DNA from: Deferribacterales bacterium
Lineage (GTDB): Bacteria > Chrysiogenota > Deferribacteres > Deferribacterales > Geovibrionaceae
Length of the DNA: 64,000 nucleotides
NCBI GenBank assembly: GCA_050251945.1
Contig: JBFWLW010000006.1
Span: 32,001 to 96,000 of the forward strand
Reading direction: 5' to 3'
Made by a program: the position numbers and the translations under genes
Notes under the pieces: generated by a model
What the model was told of the DNA's origin: nothing
Seen by the model: only the letters and a program-made list of their open reading frames with translations
Database searches by the model: none
In this document: in pieces, positions 10,260-19,696 of the stretch
Layout of the letters: each line of letters begins with the position of its first letter
Numbering within the stretch: position 1 is the first letter of the stretch

Positions 10260-10795
10260 TTGTCACCGCCGCCTGATGCGATATAATATATTTTCGTATC
10301 GCCGTATTTTTTCTCATTCTCTATAAAAAAGTCTGTATTTGCAACATCAAATGGTGAACGGAAGCTCTCTTCAAAGACAATAGTTCCGCCATCTGCCAGA
10401 AGCCCGCCGTCTGCTATCATACCCAAAAGCTCCGCAGGTGCGTATTTCCCATATGGCGGGTCGATGAAGATAATGTCAAATTTTCCTGAAATCGTCGGGA
10501 GGATTTTTATAACGTCGCCTTTTATGACATCTGTGCTGTCTTCCATATCTCTGATATTCTTCTTAACAAATGTGACATCGGTATCCACAAAAACGGCTTT
10601 GTCAGCGCCGCGGCTTATCGCCTCTATGCCGTATGAACCAGTTCCGCAGAAAAGGTCGAGAACGTGAGCTCCCTCAACAGCATCGAAAAGAACGGAAAAC
10701 ACCGCGTTGCGAACCTTATCCGTTGTGGGACGAACCGACAAGTCTTTCGGCGTGAAAAGCTGCCTGCCTTTGAATGTACCGCTTATAATTCTCAA
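10256..10795 (-). CDS. rsmD: 16S rRNA m2G966 methyltransferase
   Basis: MRIISG..KGR, RPTTDKVR, LDLFCGTG, DPPY; adjacent to coaD. Confidence 0.93.
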   Translation of the reverse strand: MRIISGTFKGRQLFTPKDLSVRPTTDKVRNAVFSVLFDAVEGAHVLDLFCGTGSYGIEAISRGADKAVFVDTDVTFVKKNIRDMEDSTDVIKGDVIKILPTISGKFDIIFIDPPYGKYAPAELLGMIADGGLLADGGTIVFEESFRSPFDVANTDFFIENEKKYGDTKIYYIASGGGDK

Positions 10796-11741
10796 CTTCA
10801 GTTATCCTCTTGCATATAGATCTGATATCGGGCTTTGCGCCCTCTTTTATCTCAAGTCTGCCCTCACAGGCTTCTCTGTTATATCCGTTATAACCGTATG
10901 CAGTGTTTATGTATTTTCTGTCCAGAGCCAGATTATGCCCCAAACCGAGGTAGATGGCAACGGCAATTGTTTTCGCCATGTCGCCTGTCGCCGGATGGTA
11001 TTCCCCGGCGGCTATCTGCTCCTGCATACTCTGTGCATCCTGCAAACCGATGCGGATCACCTCGATATCCGCCGCTTCAAACAATATAAGACCATACGCA
11101 CAGCGCGCCAGCGTCTCGGCAAGAGGTAAGCAGACGTGTTCGCCCGACTGCCAGAGAGAATGGAGTTCAGTATCTTCCAGCACAACACATGGGTATATGC
11201 GCACATATTCAGGTTTTAAACCCAGTACAGTTCCAACCGTAACATCGAAGCTGTAGAAATTCTCGCCGTACATGCCAGTCATTATCTGCGCGGAAAGATT
11301 TTTAATATGTTTTTTAACCGTGTGAAGCGATTGAATGGTCTCTTCTGCACCGCAAGGACGTTTATTAAGCCTCAGGACTTCATCATCAAGGCTCTGTACT
11401 CCGATCTCTACTGTCTCCACACCGTTCGCCTTTGCCTCTGCCATGTTCATGTCGGTGACACAGTCGGGGCTGGTTGAAAACCGCAGTTTTGTAAATCCAT
11501 ACCCGTGAGCAATGGAATACAGCCTCCTCCTAAGTTCCTCGGGCAGGCAGGTAAAGCTTCCGCCATAGTAGGCAAGCTCATCCCAGCTACCTGATATATC
11601 AAGATATTTTTTTATCTGTTGTTCAACCGATGAAATAATCTCAGAAGGATTTTGACCTGTGATAGAATTTTGACTGCAATAGATGCATCTTTGTCTGCAT
11701 CCGGCGAAAGGAATGAATACCGGAAGGATCCTATTTTTCAT
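10716..11741 (-). CDS. Elp3-like radical SAM protein (typical rnc neighbour)
   Basis: PVFIPFAGCRQRCIYCSQ, YGGSFT, EIGVQS, RIYP, RIGLQ, YHPA; ATG 11741 overlaps rnc end. Confidence 0.85.
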   Translation of the reverse strand: MKNRILPVFIPFAGCRQRCIYCSQNSITGQNPSEIISSVEQQIKKYLDISGSWDELAYYGGSFTCLPEELRRRLYSIAHGYGFTKLRFSTSPDCVTDMNMAEAKANGVETVEIGVQSLDDEVLRLNKRPCGAEETIQSLHTVKKHIKNLSAQIMTGMYGENFYSFDVTVGTVLGLKPEYVRIYPCVVLEDTELHSLWQSGEHVCLPLAETLARCAYGLILFEAADIEVIRIGLQDAQSMQEQIAAGEYHPATGDMAKTIAVAIYLGLGHNLALDRKYINTAYGYNGYNREACEGRLEIKEGAKPDIRSICKRITEVENYKRYIQRQAAFHAERLVGSSHNG

Positions 11742-12435
11742 TACCCAGTTTCTTGAGCGCTTTTGCGGCTGCCGCTTTCTCCGCGTTCTTTTTTGTCTTT
11801 CCCTTGCCATCTTCGGTGACAAGCCCTTCCACATGCACGCGCACGAGGAATATCTTATCGTGTTCAGGACCGGATTCATCCAGAACCGTGTATTCCGGCA
11901 GGGTTCCGAACTGCCGCTGGGTTATCTTTTGCAGTTCGCTTTTGGAATCTATGAACGTACTGTTTGAGATATCTTCGTCAATCCTTGTGCCGAAATGTTC
12001 GATGATGATCTTGCGCGCTTCGTCGTATCCGCCGTCAAGATAGATCGCCGCCACCACTGATTCAAAGATGTCGCAGAGGAGCGATTCCTTATATTTGCCG
12101 CCGGACGCTTTTTCACCTTTGCCAAGAAGGATATGATCCCCAAGCTCCATCTCTGTTGCCACTTTGCTCAGGAATCCTTCGCTGACGAAAAAGCCCCGAA
12201 GTTTTGAGAGAAGTCCCTCGTCATAGTCCTTGTATCTGTCCAGAAGATACTCTGTGACTATCAGCTGAAGTACCGCATCGCCCAAAAATTCGAGCCGTTC
12301 ATAGTTTTTGTTGTTCTTCTTCTCATGGGCGTAAGATCTGTGTGTCAGAGCTTCCAACACCACAGATCTGTCGCCAAAGCTGTAACCTAGCTTATGTTCG
12401 AGAGTTTCGATATCCGAACTCAGCTTTTTATTCAT
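11731..12435 (-). CDS. rnc: Ribonuclease III
   Basis: ALTHRS, NYERLEFLGDAVL signature, C-terminal dsRBD. Confidence 0.98.
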   Translation of the reverse strand: MNKKLSSDIETLEHKLGYSFGDRSVVLEALTHRSYAHEKKNNKNYERLEFLGDAVLQLIVTEYLLDRYKDYDEGLLSKLRGFFVSEGFLSKVATEMELGDHILLGKGEKASGGKYKESLLCDIFESVVAAIYLDGGYDEARKIIIEHFGTRIDEDISNSTFIDSKSELQKITQRQFGTLPEYTVLDESGPEHDKIFLVRVHVEGLVTEDGKGKTKKNAEKAAAAKALKKLGNEK

Positions 12436-13675
12436 ATTTCTTAAATATCAATGTACCGTTTGTCCCGCCGAACCCAAACGAGTTGCTGAGCGCGTATTTG
12501 AAATCGCATTTCTCAGGTTTGTTGGGAACATAGTAGAGATCGCAGTCGGGATCAGGGTTGGTGTAGTTTATTGTGGGGGGCAGTATTCCCTTTTCCAGTG
12601 CCATACAGCAATAGATAGCCTCAACAGAACCGGCAGCACCGAGAAGGTGACCTGTCATGGACTTTGTTGAGCTTATTTTGACCTTTTTCGCATAGTCGCC
12701 GAAAACTTTTTTAACGGCAAGAGTTTCTATCTTATCGTTAAAAGGAGTGGACGTTCCGTGCGCGTTGATATAACCGATGTCTTCGGGTTTCAGACCTGCA
12801 TCTGCAAGAGCAGCCTGCATACATCTCATGGCGCCGTCGCCTGTTTCATCAGGTGCAGTCATGTGATATGCATCGGCAGACGCGCCGTATCCTGCAAATT
12901 CACCATATATTTTAGCGCCTCTTGCCATAGCGTGTTCGTATGACTCAAGGAGCATAATGCCGCATCCTTCGCCAATAACAAAACCGTCACGGTCAGTGTC
13001 GAAGGGACGTGATGCCTTTTCGGGGTCGTCGTTCCTGCGTGAAAGAGCCTTCATGTTGGCAAAACCGCCGATAGAGAGTGATGTGATGGCGCTCTCCGTT
13101 CCGCCGGCAAGCATAACATCGGCATAACCGTGCTGTATAAGTCTTGCAGCTTCGCCCACAGAATGGGTTCCGGTTGTACAAGCCGTAACAAGGCTGAAGT
13201 TGGGTCCTTTGAATCCGAATTCAATAGAAACCGCACCGCTCGCCATGTTTATAATAGACGTAGGGATGAAAAAGGGTGAAATCTTTTTAACGCCTTTCGC
13301 GTCAAAGTCTCTTGTTGTGTCTTCAATAGCTTTGAAACCGCCGATGCCTGAACCGATGTGAGTGCCGCATCTGGTGAGGTCGGCCTTTTCCAAATCGAAG
13401 TTCGCCATTTTCACAGCGATAGCTGAAGCAGCGATGGCAAAAATTACGAACTGTTCGTGCCTTTTGACAGCTTTCATGTCTTTAACATACAGGGCGGCGT
13501 CAAAATCGTCCACTACGCCTGCAAACTTGACAGGAAGTTCTTCCGTGTTCAGTCTTTCCGCAGGGATATATTTGATTCCGCTCTTACCGTTCATAAGAGC
13601 TTCCCAGTTTTTCTCGTTTCCGCTGCCGAGGGGCGTTACAAGCCCGTAGCCTGTTACAACTACTCTTCTCTTCAC
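12428..13675 (-). CDS. fabF: 3-oxoacyl-ACP synthase II
   Basis: RRVVVTG, TACTTG, NAHGTST, KSMTGHLLGAAG, SNSFGFGGTN; GTG start after GGAGG. Confidence 0.97.
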   Translation of the reverse strand: MKRRVVVTGYGLVTPLGSGNEKNWEALMNGKSGIKYIPAERLNTEELPVKFAGVVDDFDAALYVKDMKAVKRHEQFVIFAIAASAIAVKMANFDLEKADLTRCGTHIGSGIGGFKAIEDTTRDFDAKGVKKISPFFIPTSIINMASGAVSIEFGFKGPNFSLVTACTTGTHSVGEAARLIQHGYADVMLAGGTESAITSLSIGGFANMKALSRRNDDPEKASRPFDTDRDGFVIGEGCGIMLLESYEHAMARGAKIYGEFAGYGASADAYHMTAPDETGDGAMRCMQAALADAGLKPEDIGYINAHGTSTPFNDKIETLAVKKVFGDYAKKVKISSTKSMTGHLLGAAGSVEAIYCCMALEKGILPPTINYTNPDPDCDLYYVPNKPEKCDFKYALSNSFGFGGTNGTLIFKKYE

Positions 13676-13749
13676 AAAATCCTCCATTTAGAAAAGGTCG
13701 GGGGGACAACCTTAACGGAAATCCCCCCTCATCTGAATTATGATAAAAT

Positions 13750-13986
13750 TTACGCTTTTGCTTTTTCGATGTGAGAAATGGCATCGCCGACAGTTTTGAT
13801 CTTTTCTGCTTCCTCGTCCGGAATTTCAAGATCGAACTCTTCTTCAAAAGCCATGATAAGCTCAACAGTGTCAAGAGAGTCTGCGTCAAGGTCGTCTATG
13901 AAAGATGCGTCTTCTGTAACTGCGTCCGCATCAACATTAAGCTGCTCAACAATAATCTCTTTTACTTTAGCTGCGATATCTGACAT
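13750..13986 (-). CDS. acpP: Acyl carrier protein
   Basis: [20 protein letters not shown]. Confidence 0.98.
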   Translation of the reverse strand: MSDIAAKVKEIIVEQLNVDADAVTEDASFIDDLDADSLDTVELIMAFEEEFDLEIPDEEAEKIKTVGDAISHIEKAKA

Positions 13987-14120
13987 TTTCTGTCCTCCTA
14001 TGATCTCTTTAAAGAATTATCTTCTTCTCATCACGTTGCATGTGTTATTTACTAAATATTGCGGCAGAAATCCAGTCATTTTAATTTCCACCTTATATAT
14101 AAGCTTCTTAAGAAGCTTTA

Positions 14121-14873
14121 TCACATATACATTCCGCCGTTGACGTGGATTGTCTGACCTGTGATATAGTCTGATGCCGGTGACGCAAGGAACATTACAG
14201 CCTCCGCAACGTCGTCTGCCTCGCCAAGTTCGCCAAGAGATATCTTCGCGAGCATAGCGTCGACAACGTCTTTGGGAAGTCCGTCTGTCATTGCGGTGCG
14301 GATGAAGCCGGGTGCAACAGCGTTAACTCTGATGCCGCGGCTTGCAAGTTCCTGTGCGGAAGTTTTTGTAAGACCGACAAGACCCGCTTTGCTCGCGGAA
14401 TAGTTTGCCTGTCCTGCGTTTCCGGAGAAACCCACCACGGAAGCGATGTTTACGATCTTTCCGTATCTTTTTTTCATCATGCCTTTAAGCGCGGCTTTCG
14501 TACAGATGAAAGCGCCTTTAAGGTTGATGTCGAGAACTCTCTCCCACTGCTCAACCTTCATACGCATAATGAGACCGTCCTGTGTTATCCCTGCGTTGTT
14601 CACAAGGATGTCCACAGCGCCGAGTTTCCCTTCAACCTCTTTGATCATCGCCTCAACGCTGTCCTCTTTGGACACGTCGGCAGCAAACGCAGCGGCTACG
14701 CCGCCTTTGTCTGTTATCTCTTTTACAACAGCTTCTGCATCCGCTTTGATATTAGCGATGTCGATATAGTTCACCGCAACTTTAGCGCCCTGTGCGGCCA
14801 TTTTAAGCGCGATGATGCGGCCGATGCCGCTGGAAGCGCCCGTTACCAGCGCTACTTTTCCTTCAAGTACCAT
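14121..14873 (-). CDS. fabG: 3-oxoacyl-ACP reductase
   Basis: TGASSGIG, NNAGIT, YSASK; in fab cluster. Confidence 0.96.
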   Translation of the reverse strand: MVLEGKVALVTGASSGIGRIIALKMAAQGAKVAVNYIDIANIKADAEAVVKEITDKGGVAAAFAADVSKEDSVEAMIKEVEGKLGAVDILVNNAGITQDGLIMRMKVEQWERVLDINLKGAFICTKAALKGMMKKRYGKIVNIASVVGFSGNAGQANYSASKAGLVGLTKTSAQELASRGIRVNAVAPGFIRTAMTDGLPKDVVDAMLAKISLGELGEADDVAEAVMFLASPASDYITGQTIHVNGGMYM

Positions 14874-14875
14874 GT

Positions 14876-15790
14876 TTACTCCGATAAATCCGCGACCTTG
14901 GAAACATTTTCCACGGTCACGTTCTTGTCTATTTTTTTGATGAGTCCCGCAAGAACCTGTCCTGCCCCCACCTCTATAAATCTGTCCACCCCTGAGTGTA
15001 CCATATTTTTTATCAGGGTTGTCCACAAAACTGCTCCGTCCACTTGTCTGCAAAGTGCATCGTAAACATCAGCAGCGGTTTTTTCTTCTTTTGCATCAGC
15101 GTTATTAAACACAGGCGTGTTCAGATCTTTTATGACTATGTTATTTTTAAGGTAATCTGCCATTTTTTCTCTGGCGGGTCTCATGAGCGAGCAGTGGAAG
15201 GGTGCGGAAACGGGGAGCAGAATCGCTCTTTTTGCCCCTTTTGCTTTTATCTTTTCGGAAAATTCTTCAACAGCCTCTTTATGTCCGGCTACTACTATCT
15301 GTCCCGGACAGTTAAAGTTTGCAGGTTCAACGACCTTAACGCCCGAAACCTCTTTGCAGGTCTCAACAACCGTTTCGTCGTCGATGCCCATCACCGCAGC
15401 CATGGCGCCAACGCCCACAGGCACGGCATCCTGCATAAATTTTCCTCTGTTGTGCACGGCAAGGACGCCTTCTTCAAAAGTGAAGCCGCCCGCGGCAACA
15501 ACCGCAGAATATTCACCAAGAGAGTGTCCGGCGAAATAATCCGCCTTAATTCTGTTCTTAAGCACTTCCCAGATACCAACACTCATAGTGAGCAGCGCGG
15601 GCTGGGTATTGTATGTAGTTTTAAGCTCCTCTTCGGAACCTTCAAACATTATCTTTGTCAGGCTGTAGCCAAGAGCCGAATCAGCCTTATCGAAAATCGC
15701 TTTTACTTCCGGCATGGCATCATAAAAATCTTTGCCCATGCCTACGAACTGCGACCCCTGTCCGGGGAAAACGACTGCTGTCTTACCCAT
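14876..15790 (-). CDS. fabD: Malonyl-CoA:ACP transacylase
   Basis: FPGQGSQ, GHSLGEY, VSAPFH. Confidence 0.97.
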   Translation of the reverse strand: MGKTAVVFPGQGSQFVGMGKDFYDAMPEVKAIFDKADSALGYSLTKIMFEGSEEELKTTYNTQPALLTMSVGIWEVLKNRIKADYFAGHSLGEYSAVVAAGGFTFEEGVLAVHNRGKFMQDAVPVGVGAMAAVMGIDDETVVETCKEVSGVKVVEPANFNCPGQIVVAGHKEAVEEFSEKIKAKGAKRAILLPVSAPFHCSLMRPAREKMADYLKNNIVIKDLNTPVFNNADAKEEKTAADVYDALCRQVDGAVLWTTLIKNMVHSGVDRFIEVGAGQVLAGLIKKIDKNVTVENVSKVADLSE

Positions 15791-15810
15791 TATATATGTC
15801 TCCTTATATC

Positions 15811-15890
15811 TCCCCCTTTATAAAAGGGGGATTAAGGGGGATTTAATTAAGAAAATCCACCCCGACCCTCCTTTGCTAAAGGAGGGAGGG
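15811..15890. repeat. Palindromic intergenic repeat family B (CCCCCTTT-nn-AAAGGGGG doublet), copy 1
   Basis: TCCCCCTTTATAAAAGGGGGATTAAGGGGGATTT...AAATCCACCCCGACCCTCCTTTGCTAAAGGAGGG; similar copies at ~18810 and ~38811. Confidence 0.85.
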
Positions 15891-15896
15891 AAATAA

Positions 15897-16874
15897 TCAG
15901 AACGTAAACGCCATGCTTCCCCATGTAAGCCCGCCGCCGAAAGCAGCCGAAACAACGTTATGACCCCGCTGTATGCGCCCGTCGCGGACAGCCTGATCAA
16001 GCGCCGTGGGGATTGTTGCCGCCGACGTGTTGCCATAGTTAGTAAGGTTAATTATTACCTTCTCTTTGTCAAGTCCAAGTCTCTTCGCAGCGGCGTCAAT
16101 GATACGCAGATTCGCCTGATGGGGGATCATCCAGTCTATCTGTTCGGATGAAAATCCCGCCGCATCCGCCGCTTCCTGAGCCGCATCCGCCATAGCGCGC
16201 ACGGCAATTTTAAAAACGTCGTTGCCCTTCATTTTTATCATGTGGTCAATAGCGGGTTCATTTATCATTTTTTTCAGATACTGTGATCCGAGGTTATCCT
16301 GTTTGAGAAGTTCGCCGTATTCCCCGTCCGCATAGTTGAATATGCTTCTGATGCCGGGTGTGGAATCAGCAGAGACAACGGCAGCACCAGCTCCGTCGCC
16401 GAATAAGATGCATGTGGATCTGTCGCGCCAGTCAACGCATGCGGTGAGATGTTCCGCACCGACGACCAGAATGTTTTTGGCGCTTCCTGAACGTATCATG
16501 CCGTCTGCGACACGCACCCCGTAAAGGAAACCTGAACATGCCGCGGCGAGGTCAAACGCCATGCACGTCTTTGCGCCGAGTTTATATTGAACCCTGCAAG
16601 CTGTTGAAGGCATTATAGTATCCGGTGAAAGAGTGGCAACTATGACAGCGTCGAGCTGATTAGCGTTCAGCCCGGCCATTTCCAGTGCTTTTTTACCTGC
16701 TTCCGCCGCCATATCGCTGCAGGATTCATCTTCCGCAACATGCCTCTGTTTGATGCCTGTGCGGCTGAAAATCCATTCGTCTGAAGTATCAAGAAATTGA
16801 GCGATATCGTCATTGGTCATTATTTTAGGAGGGAAATAGGAACCGGTTCCTGTGAATCTTGAATATATACTCAT
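15897..16874 (-). CDS. fabH: 3-oxoacyl-ACP synthase III
   Basis: DTSDEWI..RTGI, AACSGF, FGDGAGA, PHQAN, GNTSAA. Confidence 0.97.
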   Translation of the reverse strand: MSIYSRFTGTGSYFPPKIMTNDDIAQFLDTSDEWIFSRTGIKQRHVAEDESCSDMAAEAGKKALEMAGLNANQLDAVIVATLSPDTIMPSTACRVQYKLGAKTCMAFDLAAACSGFLYGVRVADGMIRSGSAKNILVVGAEHLTACVDWRDRSTCILFGDGAGAAVVSADSTPGIRSIFNYADGEYGELLKQDNLGSQYLKKMINEPAIDHMIKMKGNDVFKIAVRAMADAAQEAADAAGFSSEQIDWMIPHQANLRIIDAAAKRLGLDKEKVIINLTNYGNTSAATIPTALDQAVRDGRIQRGHNVVSAAFGGGLTWGSMAFTF

Positions 16875-16957
16875 GCGCCACCTGAAAGTTCAGCAAAAAT
16901 TAATTAGTTACCATGTAGAACTTTTCGGGAACATTGTTCCAGAAACAGACATTTTTG

Positions 16958-17980
16958 TCAACTCGTAATACCTGTGTCTGCTTTTGGGAGGGCTTTCTCT
17001 ATCTGGTCATTGAGTTTTTGCTTGGCAAGTTCATACGCCATTTTGATACTGTATTTCACAGCAGTGGAATTTGAACTTCCGTGACCTATGATACATACGC
17101 CGTTTACCCCAAGCAGAGGTGCGCCGCCGTATGATGAGTGGTCGGCCTTCTTCTTGATCCTTTTAAGAGCCGGGATCATAAAAAGAGCGCCTATTTTTGA
17201 AAGTGTGGATGAGCGTATCTCATCCTTAAGCATTTTTGAAATGTACCAGCCTGCGGACTCGGACACCTTAAGCGCCACGTTTCCGGCAAACCCGTCGACA
17301 ACTATGACGTCGGAAGTACCTCTGAAAAGATCCTTGCCTTCGACGTTGCCGTAAAAATTGATGACACCCCTGTTTCCAAGCTCGGTAAGTTCCTTGAACA
17401 CTGTCTTGGTGGTCTCGTTTCCTTTAACGTCCTCTTCGCCAACAGACATAAGACCGACGGTGGGTTTCTCTTTTTCCATCACGATAGCCGCATATGCGCT
17501 CGCCATGATTGCAAACTGGATGTAGTTCTCAACCTTGCAGTCCACGTTCGCACCCACGTCGCACATCACCGTATGCCCTTTTACAGTAGGCATGACAGCA
17601 GCGATGGCGGGACGGTCTATCCCGGGAAGAGTTTTCAGTATCATCTTGGCAACAGCCATAACAGCGCCTGTGTTACCCGCGCTGTAAAATGCCGCGCCGC
17701 TTCCGTCTTTGACAAGACGCAGACCTTCATGGATAGAGGAGTTCCTCTTTGCCCTGATGATCTGTGAAGGAAGGTCATCCATAGTGACGACCTGATCGGC
17801 ATGAACAATTTCGATATTTTTCGAGGCTTTCGGACCGTAGGCATCAAGCTCTGCTTTAACCTGTTTCTCATCCCCGACAAGGATAAGCTCGGTTCCGAAT
17901 TCCTGAACAGCTATAACGGCACCCTTGACAATCTCATGCGGGGCGTAGTCTCCCCCCATGGCATCAACGACGACTTTCAT
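16958..17980 (-). CDS. plsX: Phosphate acyltransferase PlsX
   Basis: VDAMGGDYAP, SAGNTGA, GNVEG, DGFAGN, HGSS. Confidence 0.97.
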   Translation of the reverse strand: MKVVVDAMGGDYAPHEIVKGAVIAVQEFGTELILVGDEKQVKAELDAYGPKASKNIEIVHADQVVTMDDLPSQIIRAKRNSSIHEGLRLVKDGSGAAFYSAGNTGAVMAVAKMILKTLPGIDRPAIAAVMPTVKGHTVMCDVGANVDCKVENYIQFAIMASAYAAIVMEKEKPTVGLMSVGEEDVKGNETTKTVFKELTELGNRGVINFYGNVEGKDLFRGTSDVIVVDGFAGNVALKVSESAGWYISKMLKDEIRSSTLSKIGALFMIPALKRIKKKADHSSYGGAPLLGVNGVCIIGHGSSNSTAVKYSIKMAYELAKQKLNDQIEKALPKADTGITS

Positions 17981-17981
17981 G

Positions 17982-18164
17982 TTATATCTCTTCTTTCGCC
18001 ACTACCTGTTTCTTGTTGTAATACCCGCATGAAGGACATACTCTGTGGTTGAGTTTCAGCTCACCGCAGTTTGAACACTTGCTGTAAGCCAGTGTTGCTG
18101 CATGATGATGGCTTCTTCTGTTGCCCTTTTTCATTCTGGAAGTTTTACCCTTCGGTACACCCAT
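17982..18164 (-). CDS. rpmF: 50S ribosomal protein L32
   Basis: MGVPKGKTS...CSNCGE..LNHRVCPSCGYY. Confidence 0.97.
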   Translation of the reverse strand: MGVPKGKTSRMKKGNRRSHHHAATLAYSKCSNCGELKLNHRVCPSCGYYNKKQVVAKEEI

Positions 18165-18207
18165 TTTAATACTCCTGTATCAGAGTAGCTGCGTCGTCCG
18201 CGCAGCC

Positions 18208-18705
18208 TCAGTTATTTTTTAATTGATCCAGTCCCGACCATCTGGGATCGGTTACATCTTTGCATTTACATTTGCCGAGGTTGAGGTTTTCACCGCACAC
18301 GGGACAAAGCCCTTTGCAGTCCTCACCGCATATAATTCTGACGGGCAGGTAAAAGACGACCTCCTGACGAACTATCTCGTCAAGATCTATCTCGTCCTCT
18401 TCAATCCAGCAAACGCCCATGTCGTCGTCTGTCAGTTCCGTCTCTTCTTTGACATCCTCAAGACTCTGGCGCATAAGCTGTATGCCGGCAGTCTGTTTTC
18501 CGAACCCTTTGACAGGTTCCAGGCACCTTGCACACGGCGCTTCAAAACTGTAGCTGAACTCAACGTCCAGAAACAGTCCGGAATCGGTGGGGATGAGATC
18601 CGCGGAGAAATTCTCCACGTTAACCTTCATGTCGTCTTCGGTAAAGGCGAAGTCTCCCTCGAAATGTCCGCCTTCCGCAAGAAGTTCTTCAAAAGACAGC
18701 TTCAC
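18208..18705 (-). CDS. yceD: YceD/DUF177 family protein
   Basis: CARCL, C.EDCKGLCPVCG, DPRW; precedes rpmF. Confidence 0.92.
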   Translation of the reverse strand: MKLSFEELLAEGGHFEGDFAFTEDDMKVNVENFSADLIPTDSGLFLDVEFSYSFEAPCARCLEPVKGFGKQTAGIQLMRQSLEDVKEETELTDDDMGVCWIEEDEIDLDEIVRQEVVFYLPVRIICGEDCKGLCPVCGENLNLGKCKCKDVTDPRWSGLDQLKNN

Positions 18706-18754
18706 GATATCAACTCCTGAAAAGCCCTGACCGTTTAAGGGTCAAAGAGCAACA

Positions 18755-18783
18755 ATACTAGTCATACAAATTCTGAAAGTCAA
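18755..18783 (-). promoter_or_regulatory. sigma70-type promoter for yceD-rpmF-plsX-fab operon
   Basis: Minus strand TTGACT-17 nt-TAGTAT. Confidence 0.6.
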
Positions 18784-18809
18784 GTTTATTTTATCACCCT
18801 ATTCCATTT

Positions 18810-18893
18810 CCCCCTTTAATAAAGGGGGATTAAGGGGGATTTACATTCAATTAAGAAAATCCACCCCAACCCTCCTTTTATAAAGGAGGGGGG
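18810..18893. repeat. Palindromic intergenic repeat family B, copy 2
   Basis: CCCCCTTTAATAAAGGGGGATTAAGGGGGATTT...AAATCCACCCCAACCCTCCTTTTATAAAGGAGGG. Confidence 0.85.
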
Positions 18894-18900
18894 AAAATCC

Positions 18901-18929
18901 TCACTTTCTGATGCCCGAATGTCCGAAAC
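18901..18929 (-). repeat. Duplicated 3' end of hisE (att-like)
   Basis: Reads FGHSGIRK-stop as do hisE 19300-19328; 25/27 nt identical over 18903-18929 vs 19302-19328. Confidence 0.8.
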
Positions 18930-18981
18930 AGCCGATCCTGAAGACGTATATGCTCCCTACACGGGCTTCATCATGAAGCCT

Positions 18982-19121
18982 CAGGTTGTTGACAAACTAA
19001 ATTTACACAGACTCACATTAGACTGCTTCGGATTAAAACCCTCGCAGAGACGTTTTTTGTCTTCGCGAGGAGCGCATGCGACGACGCGATCTCGCATTTT
19101 CCTGACTTTGTCGTCAGTCTG
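18982..19121. mobile_element. MITE (140 bp), IS1182-like ends, copy 1 of tandem pair
   Basis: Ends CAGGTTGTTGACAAACT / ACTTTGTCGTCAGTCTG; flanked by 20-bp direct repeat C(A/G)GGCTTCATCATGAAGCCT; internal family A doublet. Confidence 0.8.
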
Positions 19122-19141
19122 CAGGCTTCATCATGAAGCCT

Positions 19142-19281
19142 CAGGTTGTTGACAAACTAAATTTACACAGACTCACATTAGACTGCTTCGGGTTAAAACT
19201 CTCGCAGAGACGTTTTTTGTCTTCGCGAGGAGCGCATGCGACGACGCGATCTCGCATTTTCCTGACTTTGTCATCAGTCTG
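19142..19281. mobile_element. MITE (140 bp), copy 2 of tandem pair
   Basis: 3 substitutions vs copy 1; same palindromic direct repeat at 19122-19141 and 19282-19301. Confidence 0.8.
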
Positions 19282-19299
19282 CAGGCTTCATCATGAAGC

Positions 19300-19602
19300 C
19301 TACTTTCGTATGCCCGAATGTCCGAAACGTTCTGTCAATACAGCCGTAACTTCCTCGAAAGGCACGCCGCGCATTTCAAGCGCAACTATCATATGGTATA
19401 AATAGTCGGCGGCTTCACCTGCTACGTCTCTGTCAGTTTCGACAAGGATAGCCTTTATAAGTTCTGCGTTCTCCTCGCCGAGTTTTTTGATTATCTTGTT
19501 TGTGCCGCCCTGCAATAGTTTGCAGGTGTATGATTCGTCTGAAGGATTCGCTTTTCGCTCGCGAACCACGTCAACCAGTTTTCCGATTATTGATACGTCC
19601 AT
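19300..19602 (-). CDS. hisE: Phosphoribosyl-ATP pyrophosphatase
   Basis: SYTCKLL..G..KIIKKLGEENAE, EAADYLYH. Confidence 0.95.
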   Translation of the reverse strand: MDVSIIGKLVDVVRERKANPSDESYTCKLLQGGTNKIIKKLGEENAELIKAILVETDRDVAGEAADYLYHMIVALEMRGVPFEEVTAVLTERFGHSGIRK

Positions 19603-19617
19603 TTATTCCTCAAAACA

Positions 19618-19688
19618 GAGACTGCTTCGTCAAGCTTTTCCTCGCAGAGACGACATGTTGTCATTGCGAGCGCCGGCGCGGCAATCTC
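19618..19688. repeat. REP-like inverted doublet, family A
   Basis: GAGACTGCTTCG..CTCGCAGAGAC-spacer-GTCATTGCGAG..CGCGGCAATCTC. Confidence 0.85.
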
Positions 19689-19696
19689 ATTCTTAT

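Noticed and set aside
18962..19301. CRISPR-like array of three palindromic 20-bp repeats
   Set aside because: The 'spacers' are 140 bp, nearly identical and bounded by TIRs; no cas genes; better explained as MITEs with target duplications
18919..19405. ORFs 18919-19152 and 19133-19405 sharing MKPQVVDKLNL...
   Set aside because: They are translations of the tandem MITE repeats, with no evident RBS or protein motifs
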